Source: Myxococcales bacterium (lineage in GTDB: Bacteria; Myxococcota_A; UBA9042; JABWCM01; BTVJ01). From it: a DNA stretch of 50,377 nucleotides. A program made the translations under genes and the position numbers. Within the stretch, counting starts at the first letter, position 1; each line of letters begins with the position of its first letter. The notes beneath the pieces were generated by a model. It had not been told where the DNA came from, made no database searches, and was given only the letters and a program-made list of their open reading frames with translations. Shown in pieces: positions 39,432 to 50,272 of this stretch. The stretch spans positions 1 to 50,377 of the forward strand of contig BTVJ01000052.1 of assembly GCA_045863395.1 (NCBI GenBank). The letters run 5' to 3'.

Positions 39432-40880
39432 TCACAGATACGGCGTAAACAGGCGCGCAACGCCGTCCCGCAGGCGCACGGGGAGGCTCCGGCCGTCCAC
39501 CTCCGCCAGCGACAGCTCGTGGGCGCGCCCCAGCTTGTCGCGCACGAGGGCGCCCAGCTCGTCTGCCAGGCCCTCGTCGTAGATCTCCACGTTGAGCTCG
39601 AAGTTGAGCCGCAGGCTGCGCGCGTCCCAGTTGGCCGAGCCGATGAGCACCCAGGCGTCGTCCACGATCATCAGCTTCGAGTGGTCGAAGGGACCGCCGA
39701 CCAGGTGGACGTGGACCCCGCTCTCCAGCACCCGCCAGAGCTGCGCCATGGAGGCCCACTTGACCAGCGCCAGGTTGTTGTTGAGGGGCAGCAGCACGTC
39801 CACGCGCACCCCGCGGAGGGCCGCGATGCTGAGCGCCGTGATGGTCGCCGAGTCCGGCAGGAAGTAGGGCGTCAGGATCTGGATGGACCGCCTGGCGCAC
39901 GCGATGGCGCCGAGCAGGGCCACCCGCAGCTTGTCGAAGTCTTCGTCCGGGCCGTCGCTGATCGCTCTCGCGGGGGCGTGGCCGCAAGGCGAGAGCGGGG
40001 GAAACCACGCGTCTCCCTCCAGAGCCTCTTTTGTCGTGAAGCGCCAGTCCTCGGCGAAGACCTCCTGGAGCTGGGCGACGACCGGGCCGTCCAGCCGGAA
40101 GTGCAGGTCCGCGACCGGGTGGGCGGGCGCGAGGCGCAGCAGGTGGCCCTCGCGGATGTTCATGCCTCCGGTGAAGCCGACGGCGCCGTCCACGATGAGG
40201 ATCTTCCGGTGGTTGCGCAGGTTGAGGTACGGCAGCCGCCAGGGCAGGACCGTCGGCAGGAAGCGGGCCACGGGGACGCCGGCGCGGCGCAGCGTCTTCT
40301 CCATGGGCGGGAGCGAGTAGCGGGCACCGACCGCGTCGATGAGCACGCGCACCTCTACGCCGCGCTCCACGGCGCCGCGCAGGGCGTCGCGAAAGAGGGC
40401 GCCTGCGCGGTCATGGTCGAAGATGTAGGTGCTCAGCGAGATGGTCCGCCGCGCCCCCTCGATGGCCGCGAGCATCGCCGGGTAGGCGGCGTCTCCGTCG
40501 ATGAGTGCGGTGACCCGGTTGCCCGGCACCATGGGTCGGGTGGAGATGGTGTTCACGAGCTGCAGGAGCGCCGAGAGGTGGACCCGGTCCGGCATGAGCG
40601 CCGCCTCCAGGGAGCCTGGCGCGACGAGCTGGGCCACGGGCCCGGGCGCGCGGTGGAGCATCTCCCCGCGGAGCAGCGCCGCGCGCCTCTTGATGCGGTT
40701 GATCCCGAGGAAGACGTACAGCAGCGCGCCGACGACGGGCGCCACCCAGATGAGCCCCACCCACCCGATGGCGGCGCGGGAGTCACGCTTGTAGAGGACG
40801 GCGTGCCCCGACGCCAGCACCGACACCACCAGCACGGTGATCCAGGTGAGCTGCGGCCAGATGTCCGCCAGCGCGTCCAT
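39432..40880 (-). CDS. cls: Cardiolipin synthase (PLD superfamily)
   Basis: N-terminal TM pair; two HKD motifs RNHRKILIVD and HSKLMIVD; GSANWDARSLRLNFE. Confidence 0.9.
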   Translation of the reverse strand: MDALADIWPQLTWITVLVVSVLASGHAVLYKRDSRAAIGWVGLIWVAPVVGALLYVFLGINRIKRRAALLRGEMLHRAPGPVAQLVAPGSLEAALMPDRVHLSALLQLVNTISTRPMVPGNRVTALIDGDAAYPAMLAAIEGARRTISLSTYIFDHDRAGALFRDALRGAVERGVEVRVLIDAVGARYSLPPMEKTLRRAGVPVARFLPTVLPWRLPYLNLRNHRKILIVDGAVGFTGGMNIREGHLLRLAPAHPVADLHFRLDGPVVAQLQEVFAEDWRFTTKEALEGDAWFPPLSPCGHAPARAISDGPDEDFDKLRVALLGAIACARRSIQILTPYFLPDSATITALSIAALRGVRVDVLLPLNNNLALVKWASMAQLWRVLESGVHVHLVGGPFDHSKLMIVDDAWVLIGSANWDARSLRLNFELNVEIYDEGLADELGALVRDKLGRAHELSLAEVDGRSLPVRLRDGVARLFTPYL

Positions 40881-40985
40881 GGCCTCAGTGGAGCACAATT
40901 GGAGCGGGACGTCGACAATCGCCGCGCAGTGTGTCGCTGTCACGGCGAGGAGGCCGTCGATGCGTCCAACGCCCGCTGACCCCCG

Positions 40986-41672
40986 TCAGCGGATGGTGGA
41001 GCACACCGCGCCGCTCGCCCCGCACGCGGCCTCGTAGGCGCGGGAGAGCCAGAGGAGCAGCGCCTGGCCCGCCTCGTCGGGGCTGCGACCGAAGGCGACG
41101 ACCCCGTCCTCGTGCCCCCCCATGGCGAACACCCCGAGCGACGGCAGGTGGGTCGTGCAGTACAGGCGAGCGACCTCCTCGGCCATCTGCGGGGTGCCGT
41201 AGGGCACCGAGGGATCGGTGACCGGCAGACCCAGGGAGGCGGCCGCCCCCCATAGAGCGGGCGAGTGGCCGTGAAAGACGAACCGGATGTGCGGCCCCTG
41301 GTCGTACAGCGCGCCGTGGGTCATGGACTCCGACGACGGCTGGGTGGGACCCTCGCTGTTCACCCGGTTGCGGCGCCAGTCATAGGTGCGCACGAGGCAC
41401 AGGTCATCGAGGCCGGCGCAGGGCAGCCCGCCCGTCTGGGTGCCGGTGATCAGGAAGGAGCGCGCACCGCGCGGGGCCGCCGGGGCCCCGACCCGCGCGC
41501 TCACGTTGCCGAAGCCCGCCCCGTCGTAGGCGGCGGGGATGCGGCCCACGAGGCCGAGCTTCACGAGGATCTCGCGCCAGGCGGCGAGCCGGCACGCGAG
41601 GGGCCCGTATGTGCGGGCGCACAGGGCGGTGGTGCGGTGTACCGCCTCGAACTTGACCACGCCCTCGATCAT
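40986..41672 (-). CDS. Class II aldolase/adducin family protein
   Basis: GFGNVSAR, PSSESMTHGALY, VFHGH, PYGTP, MGGHEDG. Confidence 0.88.
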   Translation of the reverse strand: MIEGVVKFEAVHRTTALCARTYGPLACRLAAWREILVKLGLVGRIPAAYDGAGFGNVSARVGAPAAPRGARSFLITGTQTGGLPCAGLDDLCLVRTYDWRRNRVNSEGPTQPSSESMTHGALYDQGPHIRFVFHGHSPALWGAAASLGLPVTDPSVPYGTPQMAEEVARLYCTTHLPSLGVFAMGGHEDGVVAFGRSPDEAGQALLLWLSRAYEAACGASGAVCSTIR

Positions 41673-41690
41673 GCGCGCCTCCTGGCGGTG

Positions 41691-41719
41691 GGTGTACCGC
41701 AGGGGGGCGGGGAGGGCAA
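41691..41719 (-). promoter_or_regulatory. Candidate promoter (TTGCCC-N17-TACACC) of the aldolase gene
   Basis: Lies in the intergenic gap immediately upstream of the RBS. Confidence 0.35.
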
Positions 41720-41735
41720 GCCTGCGATCAGTGGG

Positions 41736-43133
41736 CTACAGGCTGCGGGGCCGTCGTCTTCGGATCATCGCCGCCAGCAGCAGCCAGAGCGCGCCGGCGG
41801 GGGCGGCCCCGGTCGTGGAGCAGCCGCCGTCCGAGCCGCCCGTCGATCCCCCGGTGCCTGGTTCACTCGTGTCGTCGCTGGGCCCCGCGTCGGCTCCCAC
41901 GGTGGAGTCCCCCCCGGCATCGGGCCCCGCCGCGGTGTCGCCCGAGGGCCCCGCGTCGCCCGAGGGCCCTGCGTCGTCCGAGGGCCCTGCGTCGTCCGAG
42001 GGCCCCGCGTCGTCCGAGGGCCCCGCGTCGTCCGAGGGCCCCGCGTCGCTCTCCACCGGGACGCACGCGTTCTTGCACGGGTCGGTCGTGTCCACCTGGC
42101 AGACCAGTCCCGCGTCGCAGTCGCCGTCGCTCTCGCACATGACGAGGCCGAGGCCCTTGCACTCGCCGCCGACGCAGACGGCGCACGCGCCGCAGTCCGC
42201 GTCCTCCGTGCACTCCGGCGCGGGGACGCATTGGTTCTTGCACGGGTCGGTCGCGTTCTTTTGACACGCCATGCCTGCGTCGCAGTCGCCGTCGTTCTCG
42301 CAGACGACGAGCCCGAGGCCCTTGCACTCACCGCCGACGCAGACGGCGCAGGCGCCGCAGTCGCCGTCCTCCGTGCACTCGGGCGCCGGGTCGGCGCAGT
42401 GGTTCTTGCAGGGGGCCGCCGCGTTGGTCACGCACACCTGGTCGCCGGGGCAGTGTGTGTCGTCGGTGCACTCCACGAGGCCCCCGGGGATGCACTGGCC
42501 GTTCACGCAGCCGCTGCACACGGGGCAGTCCTCCGAGGTCGCGCACTCGGCGTCCTTCTTGATGCACTGGCTTGCGCACGGCGCCGTGGCGTTCACGAGG
42601 CACTTCTCGTCCTCGGCGCAGTCCGCGTCGGACGTGCAGACGGGCACGCCGAGCCCCTTGCAGATGCCGAAGACGCACACCGTGCACAGGGGGCAGTCCG
42701 CGTCCGTCACGCACGGGTCGTCCGTCACCTCGAAGGAGAGGATGATCATGCCCGGCGGAGCCATCAGCTCATAGCTCCCGGGCACCATGACGCTGGAGAA
42801 GGCGTAGAGGGGGTCAGGGCTGCACGCAACGGAGAGCGGGGAGAACACGCCCGCCATGGCGACCCCGTTCTGGTTCAGGATCATCTGCGCGGTGTCCAGG
42901 GGCTCCGGGGAGCAGTTGACGGGCCCGCCCGGGGGTGAGCAGCACACCTCGCAGCTCCCCGCGACGGTCAGAGGGGCGGCTGCCGGCCACGTGTGGGGGT
43001 CGGGCGGCGAGGTGCAGTCGTCGAACATCAGCTCTGCGCTGCACTGGATCATGCACGTGGCCTGCGCCGAGGGCGTGGCCAGGAGGATCGGGGCCGCGAC
43101 GAGGGCGACGAGGGCGGGGATGAGTCGGGACAT
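41736..43133 (-). CDS. Cys-rich repeat surface protein with MYXO-CTERM sorting signal
   Basis: Signal peptide; four ~55-aa Cys repeats; DAGPSD linker; C-terminal GGCSTTGAAPAGALWLLLAAMIRRRR. Confidence 0.88.
   Translation of the reverse strand: MSRLIPALVALVAAPILLATPSAQATCMIQCSAELMFDDCTSPPDPHTWPAAAPLTVAGSCEVCCSPPGGPVNCSPEPLDTAQMILNQNGVAMAGVFSPLSVACSPDPLYAFSSVMVPGSYELMAPPGMIILSFEVTDDPCVTDADCPLCTVCVFGICKGLGVPVCTSDADCAEDEKCLVNATAPCASQCIKKDAECATSEDCPVCSGCVNGQCIPGGLVECTDDTHCPGDQVCVTNAAAPCKNHCADPAPECTEDGDCGACAVCVGGECKGLGLVVCENDGDCDAGMACQKNATDPCKNQCVPAPECTEDADCGACAVCVGGECKGLGLVMCESDGDCDAGLVCQVDTTDPCKNACVPVESDAGPSDDAGPSDDAGPSDDAGPSDDAGPSGDAGPSGDTAAGPDAGGDSTVGADAGPSDDTSEPGTGGSTGGSDGGCSTTGAAPAGALWLLLAAMIRRRRPRSL
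41942..42049 (-). repeat. 18-bp coding tandem repeat, 6 copies, encoding DAGPS(D/G)
   Basis: CCGAGGGCCCYGCGTCGY repeated six times. Confidence 0.95.
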
Positions 43134-43342
43134 GGTTTGCTCCACGGGTGGGCGGATGGAGGGCTCGACCGGGACCGATCATGCCACGGCGAGGCAGGGG
43201 GGTCCAGCGCGCCGCGTCCTCGCGTGCTCCGGGCGGTCCGGGCGGAAGCGGCGTGGTCCCGGTCGCGGTCTGGCGCTACACCCGGGACACCCGGTGCTCT
43301 GATCGCGAGCTTCTGCTATGGTCCGCCGGCGGAGGTGAGCGG

Positions 43343-44878
43343 GTGTCGCGTGACCGGGCGCTGATCGGGGCAGCAGTTGGCGTCGTGCTGGCGCACTGTG
43401 CCACGGGGGCGCTGTTCGTGGGCGGCTCGGCCGGCGCATGGCGGGGCTTCCCCCTCGACGACGCGTGGATCCACCTGGTCTACGCCCGAGGCATCGCACA
43501 CCACGGGGGGCCCTACTACAACGATGGCGTGCTTGAGGCCGGGTTCACGAGCCCCCTGTGGATGCTCGCCCTGGGCCTGGTCGAGCTGGTCGGGCGGGTC
43601 GGGGCTCCGGTGGTCGCGCTGGTCAAAGGCCTGGGCGTCGGGTGCGCCGCCGCCGCGAGCCTCGGTGTGCTCGCCCTCGCGCGGCGCCTCGGTGCCTCGT
43701 TGGGGGGTGCCCTGTTCGGGGCACTGACCCTTGCGCTGAGCCCCTCCTTCGCCTTCGCGCAGGTCTCCGGCATGGAGGTGCCCCTCGCCGGCGCCTGCGC
43801 CGTCTGGGCCATGGAGCGCCTCGCTGCGGGTCGACTGTGGCACGCCGGCGGGCTCCTCGCCGCGGCCGCCGTCTCGCGCCCCGAGCTCGGTGTCCTCGTC
43901 GCCCTGGTCGCGCTCGCCCACCTGCGGCGACCACGGCTGCTGATCCCGCTCGTCGCGCCCTCCGCCGTCGCTGCGCTCCTGTGGTCCGCGTACTGCCTGG
44001 CGGTCACCGGCCACCCGCTGCCCAACACCTTCTACGCCAAGGCCCACGGCGGAGGGCTCGACAGCGCCTGGCACGTGCTCTCGGGCCCCGTCATGGACAT
44101 GCCGCTCTTCGCGTCCATCACCGGGGCCGTCCTGTGGGGCGGCGGCATCGTCGCACTGTGTGTGCGCCACCGCCTGCTCGGGGGCCTCGTCGCGGGCGCA
44201 CCGTTGGTCTTCGTCGTCGCGGTGGGGCTCTCGCGCAGCATGCCCCCCCACGCCGGCGCGTACTTCTACTGGTTGCGGTGGGCGCTCCCGGTGGAGCCGC
44301 TGCTGATCGTTCCCGCCGCGGTGGGCCTCGGCGCCCTCTGGGCCCACGCGGTGGGGTCACCGGCGGTGCGGCGGCTGATCGCGGCCCTGCTGGTGGGTGG
44401 AGTCGTCGCCTCCGTGCCGGGCCCCCTCACCGACCGCGTCGAGCAGTACGCCGCCAACTGCACGAACATCGAGGAGGTGCAGGTCGCCATGGGCCGCTGG
44501 GTGGCCGCGAACGTGGCGCCGCACGAGGGGGTCATGGTCAACGACGCGGGCGCCATCCGCTACTTCGGTGGGCGCCGCACCGTGGACCTCATCGGGCTCA
44601 ACACCCACGAGCTGCTCTTCGGCGTGCCGCGCACCCTCCGCGACCTGGCCCGGCGCAACACCAAGGGCATGCTGGAGCTCATGGCCCACGTGGGCGGGGA
44701 CGTCCTGATCGTCTTCCCCTCCTGGGCCGCGCCCCTCTTCCAGTCGCACACTTTCCAGCGCCTCTTCACGCCGGTGCACGTGCTCCGCAGCGAGCGCTAC
44801 ACCGTGAGCCCCGGTCGCCAGGAGCTGATGGTGGCGCTGCGCCGCACGGCTGTGGACGTTGCCCCCGCGACGCAGTGA
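43343..44878 (+). CDS. GT-C-like polytopic membrane glycosyltransferase
   Basis: DDAWIHLVYAR, GFTSPLW, SGMEVPL, RPE, PNTFYAK, DAGAIRYF, DLIGLN; GGAGG RBS. Confidence 0.72.
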   Translation: MSRDRALIGAAVGVVLAHCATGALFVGGSAGAWRGFPLDDAWIHLVYARGIAHHGGPYYNDGVLEAGFTSPLWMLALGLVELVGRVGAPVVALVKGLGVGCAAAASLGVLALARRLGASLGGALFGALTLALSPSFAFAQVSGMEVPLAGACAVWAMERLAAGRLWHAGGLLAAAAVSRPELGVLVALVALAHLRRPRLLIPLVAPSAVAALLWSAYCLAVTGHPLPNTFYAKAHGGGLDSAWHVLSGPVMDMPLFASITGAVLWGGGIVALCVRHRLLGGLVAGAPLVFVVAVGLSRSMPPHAGAYFYWLRWALPVEPLLIVPAAVGLGALWAHAVGSPAVRRLIAALLVGGVVASVPGPLTDRVEQYAANCTNIEEVQVAMGRWVAANVAPHEGVMVNDAGAIRYFGGRRTVDLIGLNTHELLFGVPRTLRDLARRNTKGMLELMAHVGGDVLIVFPSWAAPLFQSHTFQRLFTPVHVLRSERYTVSPGRQELMVALRRTAVDVAPATQ

Positions 44879-44906
44879 CGGTAGCGTGTGCGGCCGGAGG
44901 TGGCGC

Positions 44907-45539
44907 GTGCGGACGCTCGTGATGGACTTCGACGGGACCATGGTGACCGAGGACGTGGGCGACGCCCTGTGCGAGCGCCTCGCAGACCCGTCGTGGCGCG
45001 TGTGGGACCAGGCATGGGAGCGGGGCGAGATGCCGCTCCACGAGGCGCAGGAGCGCATGTGGGCGACGCTGCACGCGACGCCCGAGCAGCTCGGCGCCGC
45101 GGTAGACGCCATCGCACGTCGGCGCCACGGGCTCGATGCGTTCCTCGCAGATGCTCGGCGTGGCTTCGACCGCCTGGTGCTCGCCTCGGGCGGCTTCGAC
45201 TGGTACATCGAGCGCACCCTGGGGGAGACGCTGTCCCTCTTCGACGAGATCTGGTGCAACACGTTGGTGCCCGCTGAGGGGGGCGTGCAGGTCGGCTTTC
45301 CGCACCTGTCGTCGCTGGGCTGCGGGCTCTGCGCCGTGTGCAAGGGCATCGTGTGCGGGCGGCAGCAAGGCCAGGTCTCCTTCGTCGGTGACGGCACGTC
45401 GGACCGTTGCGCGGTGGGGCGGGCCCACCGCATGGCTGCGGTGCGGGGCTCCCGCCTGGCGGCGGGCTGTCGCGCCGCGGGGGTTGGTGCCATCGAGTTC
45501 GACTCCTTCGACGACCTGCGGCCATGGCTGACCCCGTGA
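44907..45539 (+). CDS. HAD-IB phosphatase, MtnX-like
   Basis: DFDGTM motif I, ASGGFDWYI, CGLCAVCK, VGDGTSD. Confidence 0.82.
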   Translation: MRTLVMDFDGTMVTEDVGDALCERLADPSWRVWDQAWERGEMPLHEAQERMWATLHATPEQLGAAVDAIARRRHGLDAFLADARRGFDRLVLASGGFDWYIERTLGETLSLFDEIWCNTLVPAEGGVQVGFPHLSSLGCGLCAVCKGIVCGRQQGQVSFVGDGTSDRCAVGRAHRMAAVRGSRLAAGCRAAGVGAIEFDSFDDLRPWLTP

Positions 45540-48500
45540 GCTGGCAGTTCTGGATCGACCGGGGCGGCACCTTCACGGACATCGTGGCCCGACGCCCCGA
45601 TGGCTCGCGCGTGGTGCACAAGCTGCTCTCGGATGCGCCGGAGCGGTACGCCGACGCGGCGGAGCAGGGGATTCGCGATGTGCTGGGTCTTGGGGATGGA
45701 GAGGCGCTGCCTGCCCTGGACGTCGTCAAGATGGGGACGACGGTCGCGACCAACGCGCTCCTGGAGCGCAAAGGCGAGCGCGTGCTGTTGCTCGTGGACC
45801 GTGGTCTCGAAGACCTGCTGCGAATCGGCACCCAGGCCCGTCCCGATCTATTTGCGCGGGAGATTCGACTCCCAGAGCCCCTCGCCGAGGTGACCGTCGG
45901 GATCGGAGGGCGCACCCTGGCCGACGGGTCCGGTGAGCCACTGGATGAGGGAGAGGTGAGAGCCGCGCTGGAGTCTGCCTTCGTGTGCGGCATCCGCAGC
46001 GTGGCGGTTGCGCTCGTTCACGCATGGAGATATCCCCAGAAGGAGTCTCGCATCGTTGAGCTGGCGCGGGAGGTGGGGTTCACCCAGGTGAGCGCGAGCC
46101 ACGCGGTGAGTCCGGTGCCGCGCCTGGTCCCGAGGGCGGAGACCGCGGTGGTCGACGCCTGGCTGACGCCCGTGCTTCAGCGGCGCGTCGCGGCCCTCCA
46201 AGCGGCGCTCCATGGGACTCGCCTGCTCTTCATGCAGTCGAACGGCGGCCTCGTGGACGCCCGCGCCTTCCGGGGAAAGGACGCCATCCTGTCCGGGCCC
46301 GCGGGCGGAGTCGTCGGGGCGGTGCGGACGGCGGCCGCGGCAGGATTTCACCGCATCGTCGCCTTCGACATGGGGGGGACCTCCACGGACGTCTCCCACC
46401 ATGCCGGCGAACTCGAGCGCACCTGGGAGACCGAGATCGCTGGCGTCCGGCTCCGCACGCCCATGCTCGCGATCCACACGGTCGCCGCCGGGGGCGGGTC
46501 GATCTGCAGCTTCCTCGACGGCCGCTTCTCCGTGGGCCCAGACTCCGCCGGCGCCGTCCCGGGCCCGGCGTGCTACCGGCGCGGCGGTCCACTGACCATC
46601 ACCGACTGTAACGTGGCGCTCGGCAAGATCTGGATCGACGCCTTCCCGGCGGTCTTCGGCCCGGCGGGGGACCAGCCCCTCGACGTGGGCGCGGCACGGG
46701 AGCGTCTGGGGGAGCTCGCCGCACGGGTCACGGAGTCCACGGGGCGGCCCCACTCGCCGGAGCAGGTCGCCGAAGGCCTCGTGGCGGTGGCGGTCGAGAC
46801 CATGGCGCGGGCCATCCGCCGCATCTCCATCGAGCGGGGTCACGACCTGGCGGGGGCGGCCCTGTGCTGCTTCGGGGGCGCGGGTGGCCAGCACGCCTGC
46901 CTCGTGGCCGACGCGTTGGGCATGGACACCGTGCTGATCCACCCCCTGGCGGGCGTGCTGTCTGCCCTCGGGATGGGGTTGGCCGTGCAGCGGGAGCTGC
47001 GGGAGCGCGCGGTGGAGCGCCCGTTGACCCGGGAGGCCATGGGGGACCTCCGCGCCGTCCTGGATGGGTTGGTGGAGGATGCCACCATGGCGCTGGCGGC
47101 TCAGGGGGTCGAAGGGAGCCGGGCCGAGCGCCGCGCCCACCTTCGCCGAGGCGGGACGGACACGGCGCTGGTCGTGCCCTGGGGGAGCTACGAGGCGCTG
47201 GTCTCTGCGTTCCGTGCGCTGCACCACCAGCGCTACGGCGTGGTGCCCGAGGACGGGGAGGTGGTTGTGGAGGGCCTCTCCGTGGAGGTGGTGGGGGGCG
47301 AGGAGCCCGTTGATGCCCCGTGGGTGGAGGGCTCGGATGCAGGTGGGGATCCGCTGCTTGGTAGCGCCCCCCTCTTCACGGGTGGGGCCTTGCACGACGC
47401 GCCTGTCTTGAGGCGAGCCCGCCTCCCGGTGGGGTGGGTCGTGAGGGGCCCGGCGGTGGTGGTGGAGGCGACGGCGACCACGGTGGTGGAGCCCGGGTGG
47501 GTGGCGACGGTGACGGAGCGGCGCGACCTGGTGCTGCGGCGCGAGAGTCCGCTCCGGAGCCGCGCCACCACCGAGGCGGACCCCACCCTGCTCGCGGTGT
47601 TCAACCACCGCTTCATGTCCGTGGCGGAGCAGATGGGGGTCACCCTGGAGCACAACGCCTGGTCCGTGAACATCAAGGAGCGGCGCGACTACTCGTGCGC
47701 GGTCTTCGATGGAGCGGGAAACCTGGTGGCGAATGCACCGCACATCCCCGTCCATCTGGGCTCCATGGGCGACGCGGTGGCCGAGGTCCTGCGGGCGACG
47801 GGGGGGCAGGTCAGCGTTGGTGACGCCTGGATGCTGAACGACCCCTACCACGGGGGGACCCACCTTCCCGACATCACGGTGGTCTCGCCGGTCTTTGCGG
47901 AGGGGCGGCCCCTGTTCTTCGTCGCCTCCCGGGGCCACCACGCGGATGTGGGGGGACGCACGCCGGGGAGCATGCCCCCCGACAGCCGGACCATCGACGA
48001 GGAGGGGCTCCGGGTCGCGTGCTTTCCGCTGGTGTCGGCGGGGCGCTTCGACGAGGCGGGGCTTCGCGCGCTGCTCGGTGGGGGCCCCTGGCCGGTCCGC
48101 AACCCGGACCAGAACGTCGCGGACCTGCGCGCCCAGCTCGCGGCCAACGAGAAGGGGGCGAGGGCGCTGCGGGACCTGGTCGACACCTACGGGCTCCCGG
48201 TGGTGTTGGCGTACATGGGGCACGTGCGGGACAACGCCGCCGAGTCGGTGCGCCGCCTGGTGGGGCAGCTTCGCGAGGGCTCTCTGACCCTGGAGACGGA
48301 CGACGGCGACCGGGTCTGCGTGCGCGTGGCACCGGGCCCTGGGCAGACAGTCCTGGTCGATCTGCGGGGGACCTCGCCCCAGTCGGGGGGCAACGCCAAC
48401 GCCCCCTTGGCCGTATGCCGCGCCGTCGTGCTGTACGTGTTCCGCCTGCTCGTGGATGCGGACATCCCCCTCAACGCGGGCTGTCTCCTGCCCATCACGC

Positions 48501-49096
48501 TGCGTGTGGCCAGAGGGTCTCTCCTCGACCCGGTGTATCCTGCGGCCGTGGTGGCGGGAAACGTGGAGACCTCTCAGGTCCTCGCCGATGCCCTGCTCGG
48601 GGCGCTGGGCGCCATGGCCGGCTGCCAGGGCACCATGAACAACCTGACGTTCGGCGACGGCGAGAGACAGTACTACGAGACGCTCTGCGGCGGCGCGGGC
48701 GCTGGTCCGGGCTTCCACGGCGCCTCGGGGGTCCACACCCACATGACCAACTCGCGTCTGACGGACCCGGAGATTCTGGAGATGCGCCACCCGGTGGTCG
48801 TCGAGGCCTTCGGCCTCCGGCGCGGCAGCGGCGGGGACGGTCGGTGGCGGGGCGGCGACGGCGTGATCCGGAGACTGCGATTCCTGGCGCCGCAGGAGGT
48901 CGCCATCCTGTCGGGGCGCAGACGCGTTCCGCCTCATGGGCTCCTGGGCGGGGGGCCGGGAGCCCCTGGCCGAAACCGTCTCCTGCGGGTCGGAGGGGTT
49001 GTCGACGACCTCGGCGGGCGGGCCCATGTGCATGTCGGCGCTGGCGACGTCCTGGTCATCGAGACGCCCGGAGGCGGGGGGTGGGGGACTCCATGA
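45524..49096 (+). CDS. oplA: ATP-dependent 5-oxoprolinase (fused hydantoinase A/B)
   Basis: [68 protein letters not shown]. Confidence 0.92.
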   Translation: MADPVSWQFWIDRGGTFTDIVARRPDGSRVVHKLLSDAPERYADAAEQGIRDVLGLGDGEALPALDVVKMGTTVATNALLERKGERVLLLVDRGLEDLLRIGTQARPDLFAREIRLPEPLAEVTVGIGGRTLADGSGEPLDEGEVRAALESAFVCGIRSVAVALVHAWRYPQKESRIVELAREVGFTQVSASHAVSPVPRLVPRAETAVVDAWLTPVLQRRVAALQAALHGTRLLFMQSNGGLVDARAFRGKDAILSGPAGGVVGAVRTAAAAGFHRIVAFDMGGTSTDVSHHAGELERTWETEIAGVRLRTPMLAIHTVAAGGGSICSFLDGRFSVGPDSAGAVPGPACYRRGGPLTITDCNVALGKIWIDAFPAVFGPAGDQPLDVGAARERLGELAARVTESTGRPHSPEQVAEGLVAVAVETMARAIRRISIERGHDLAGAALCCFGGAGGQHACLVADALGMDTVLIHPLAGVLSALGMGLAVQRELRERAVERPLTREAMGDLRAVLDGLVEDATMALAAQGVEGSRAERRAHLRRGGTDTALVVPWGSYEALVSAFRALHHQRYGVVPEDGEVVVEGLSVEVVGGEEPVDAPWVEGSDAGGDPLLGSAPLFTGGALHDAPVLRRARLPVGWVVRGPAVVVEATATTVVEPGWVATVTERRDLVLRRESPLRSRATTEADPTLLAVFNHRFMSVAEQMGVTLEHNAWSVNIKERRDYSCAVFDGAGNLVANAPHIPVHLGSMGDAVAEVLRATGGQVSVGDAWMLNDPYHGGTHLPDITVVSPVFAEGRPLFFVASRGHHADVGGRTPGSMPPDSRTIDEEGLRVACFPLVSAGRFDEAGLRALLGGGPWPVRNPDQNVADLRAQLAANEKGARALRDLVDTYGLPVVLAYMGHVRDNAAESVRRLVGQLREGSLTLETDDGDRVCVRVAPGPGQTVLVDLRGTSPQSGGNANAPLAVCRAVVLYVFRLLVDADIPLNAGCLLPITLRVARGSLLDPVYPAAVVAGNVETSQVLADALLGALGAMAGCQGTMNNLTFGDGERQYYETLCGGAGAGPGFHGASGVHTHMTNSRLTDPEILEMRHPVVVEAFGLRRGSGGDGRWRGGDGVIRRLRFLAPQEVAILSGRRRVPPHGLLGGGPGAPGRNRLLRVGGVVDDLGGRAHVHVGAGDVLVIETPGGGGWGTP

Positions 49097-49181
49097 CGGC
49101 AAGTGAGGTACGAACCGACCTGTGCAGACTGCCGCTGGTGCTGCCTCTGCCGCCCTCCAACCCCACGAGGCTGAACCGCAG

Positions 49182-49892
49182 ATGAGCCTGCAACACATCA
49201 CCGACGAGCTGATCGGCCGCCTGGACGGGCTCTCCTTCGGTCCGCCCGTCACCCACGTCTACAACCCGCTGGTCTATGCACGAGCCCCCTGGGACGCCTA
49301 CTGCCAGAGGTATGGGGGCGGCAAGCGGGAGGTCCTGATGGTCGGGCTGAATCCCGGACCGTTCGGCATGGCCCAGGTCGGAGTCCCCTTTGGCGAGGTG
49401 AGCGTGGTCCGTGATTGGTTGCGTGTCGAGGCCCAGGTGGGCAAGCCCCCGGTCGAGCACCCGAAGCGGCCCATTCAGGGGTTTGCGTGCCCCCGCGCCG
49501 AGGTCTCCGGGGCTCGGCTGTGGGGATGGGCCCGCGACCGCTTCGGCACACCGGAGGCATTCTTCCGCCGGTTCTTCGTCGCCAACTGGTGTCCCCTCGT
49601 GTTCATGGTCGAGAGCGGCGCCAACCTCACGCCTGACAAGCTGGCGAGCAAGGAGCGCGAGCCCCTCTTCGTCGCCTGCGACGAGGCCCTGAGGCACACA
49701 ATCGAGCACCTCGACGCCCGCTTCGTGATTGGGATCGGCAAGTTCGCCGAGGCCCGCATCAGAGCCGTACTCGGAGAGACGTCTGGCCGGACCGTCGGCT
49801 GCGCGCCTCACCCGAGCCCAGCGAGCCCGATCGCCAACCGCGGCTGGGCCGAGCTGATGGACCGATCCCTGGCGACGCTGGGAGTGGGCTGA
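49182..49892 (+). CDS. SMUG1-type (family 3) uracil-DNA glycosylase
   Basis: VYNPLVYA, GLNPGPFGMAQVGVPFG, EVSGARLWG, HPSPASP. Confidence 0.92.
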   Translation: MSLQHITDELIGRLDGLSFGPPVTHVYNPLVYARAPWDAYCQRYGGGKREVLMVGLNPGPFGMAQVGVPFGEVSVVRDWLRVEAQVGKPPVEHPKRPIQGFACPRAEVSGARLWGWARDRFGTPEAFFRRFFVANWCPLVFMVESGANLTPDKLASKEREPLFVACDEALRHTIEHLDARFVIGIGKFAEARIRAVLGETSGRTVGCAPHPSPASPIANRGWAELMDRSLATLGVG

Positions 49893-50272
49893 CATCGCCG
49901 ATTCGGGGAAGGGGTCGGCACATGGCGCTGGCCCGACTCATCCCTGGGTTGCTGCCACCCGGTCTCCCAGAGGCGATTGGAGAATTGGAGAATGCCATCA
50001 GGAGATCCCGAGACGTTGGCGCAGCTCGCGGGCGCCTCGCCCGGAGCAGCGTCGCAGTAGCCCGTGCGGCTGCACGTGGAGCCCGGCGATGGGAGCCAAG
50101 AGCGGCCCGGGAGCAGGCACGCCCGGGGGGCTCAACCCGAGGCGGCGCGGTCTGTTGCCAGGTGCCTGCGGAGGGGGCTGGCATCAGCGGTCCTGCGGAT
50201 GGTGGGGCGGGCCGAGGCCGCTGTCCCGGCGGGGGCCCACCGTGCCGCCAGGGTGCGAGCGGTGGCTCAAGG

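Noticed and set aside
45848..49252. 1134-aa minus-strand ORF
   Set aside because: Antisense shadow of 5-oxoprolinase, expected with high GC3.
49182..49892. SMUG1 as a eukaryote-like novelty
   Set aside because: Bacterial SMUG1 enzymes are already known, for example in Geobacter.
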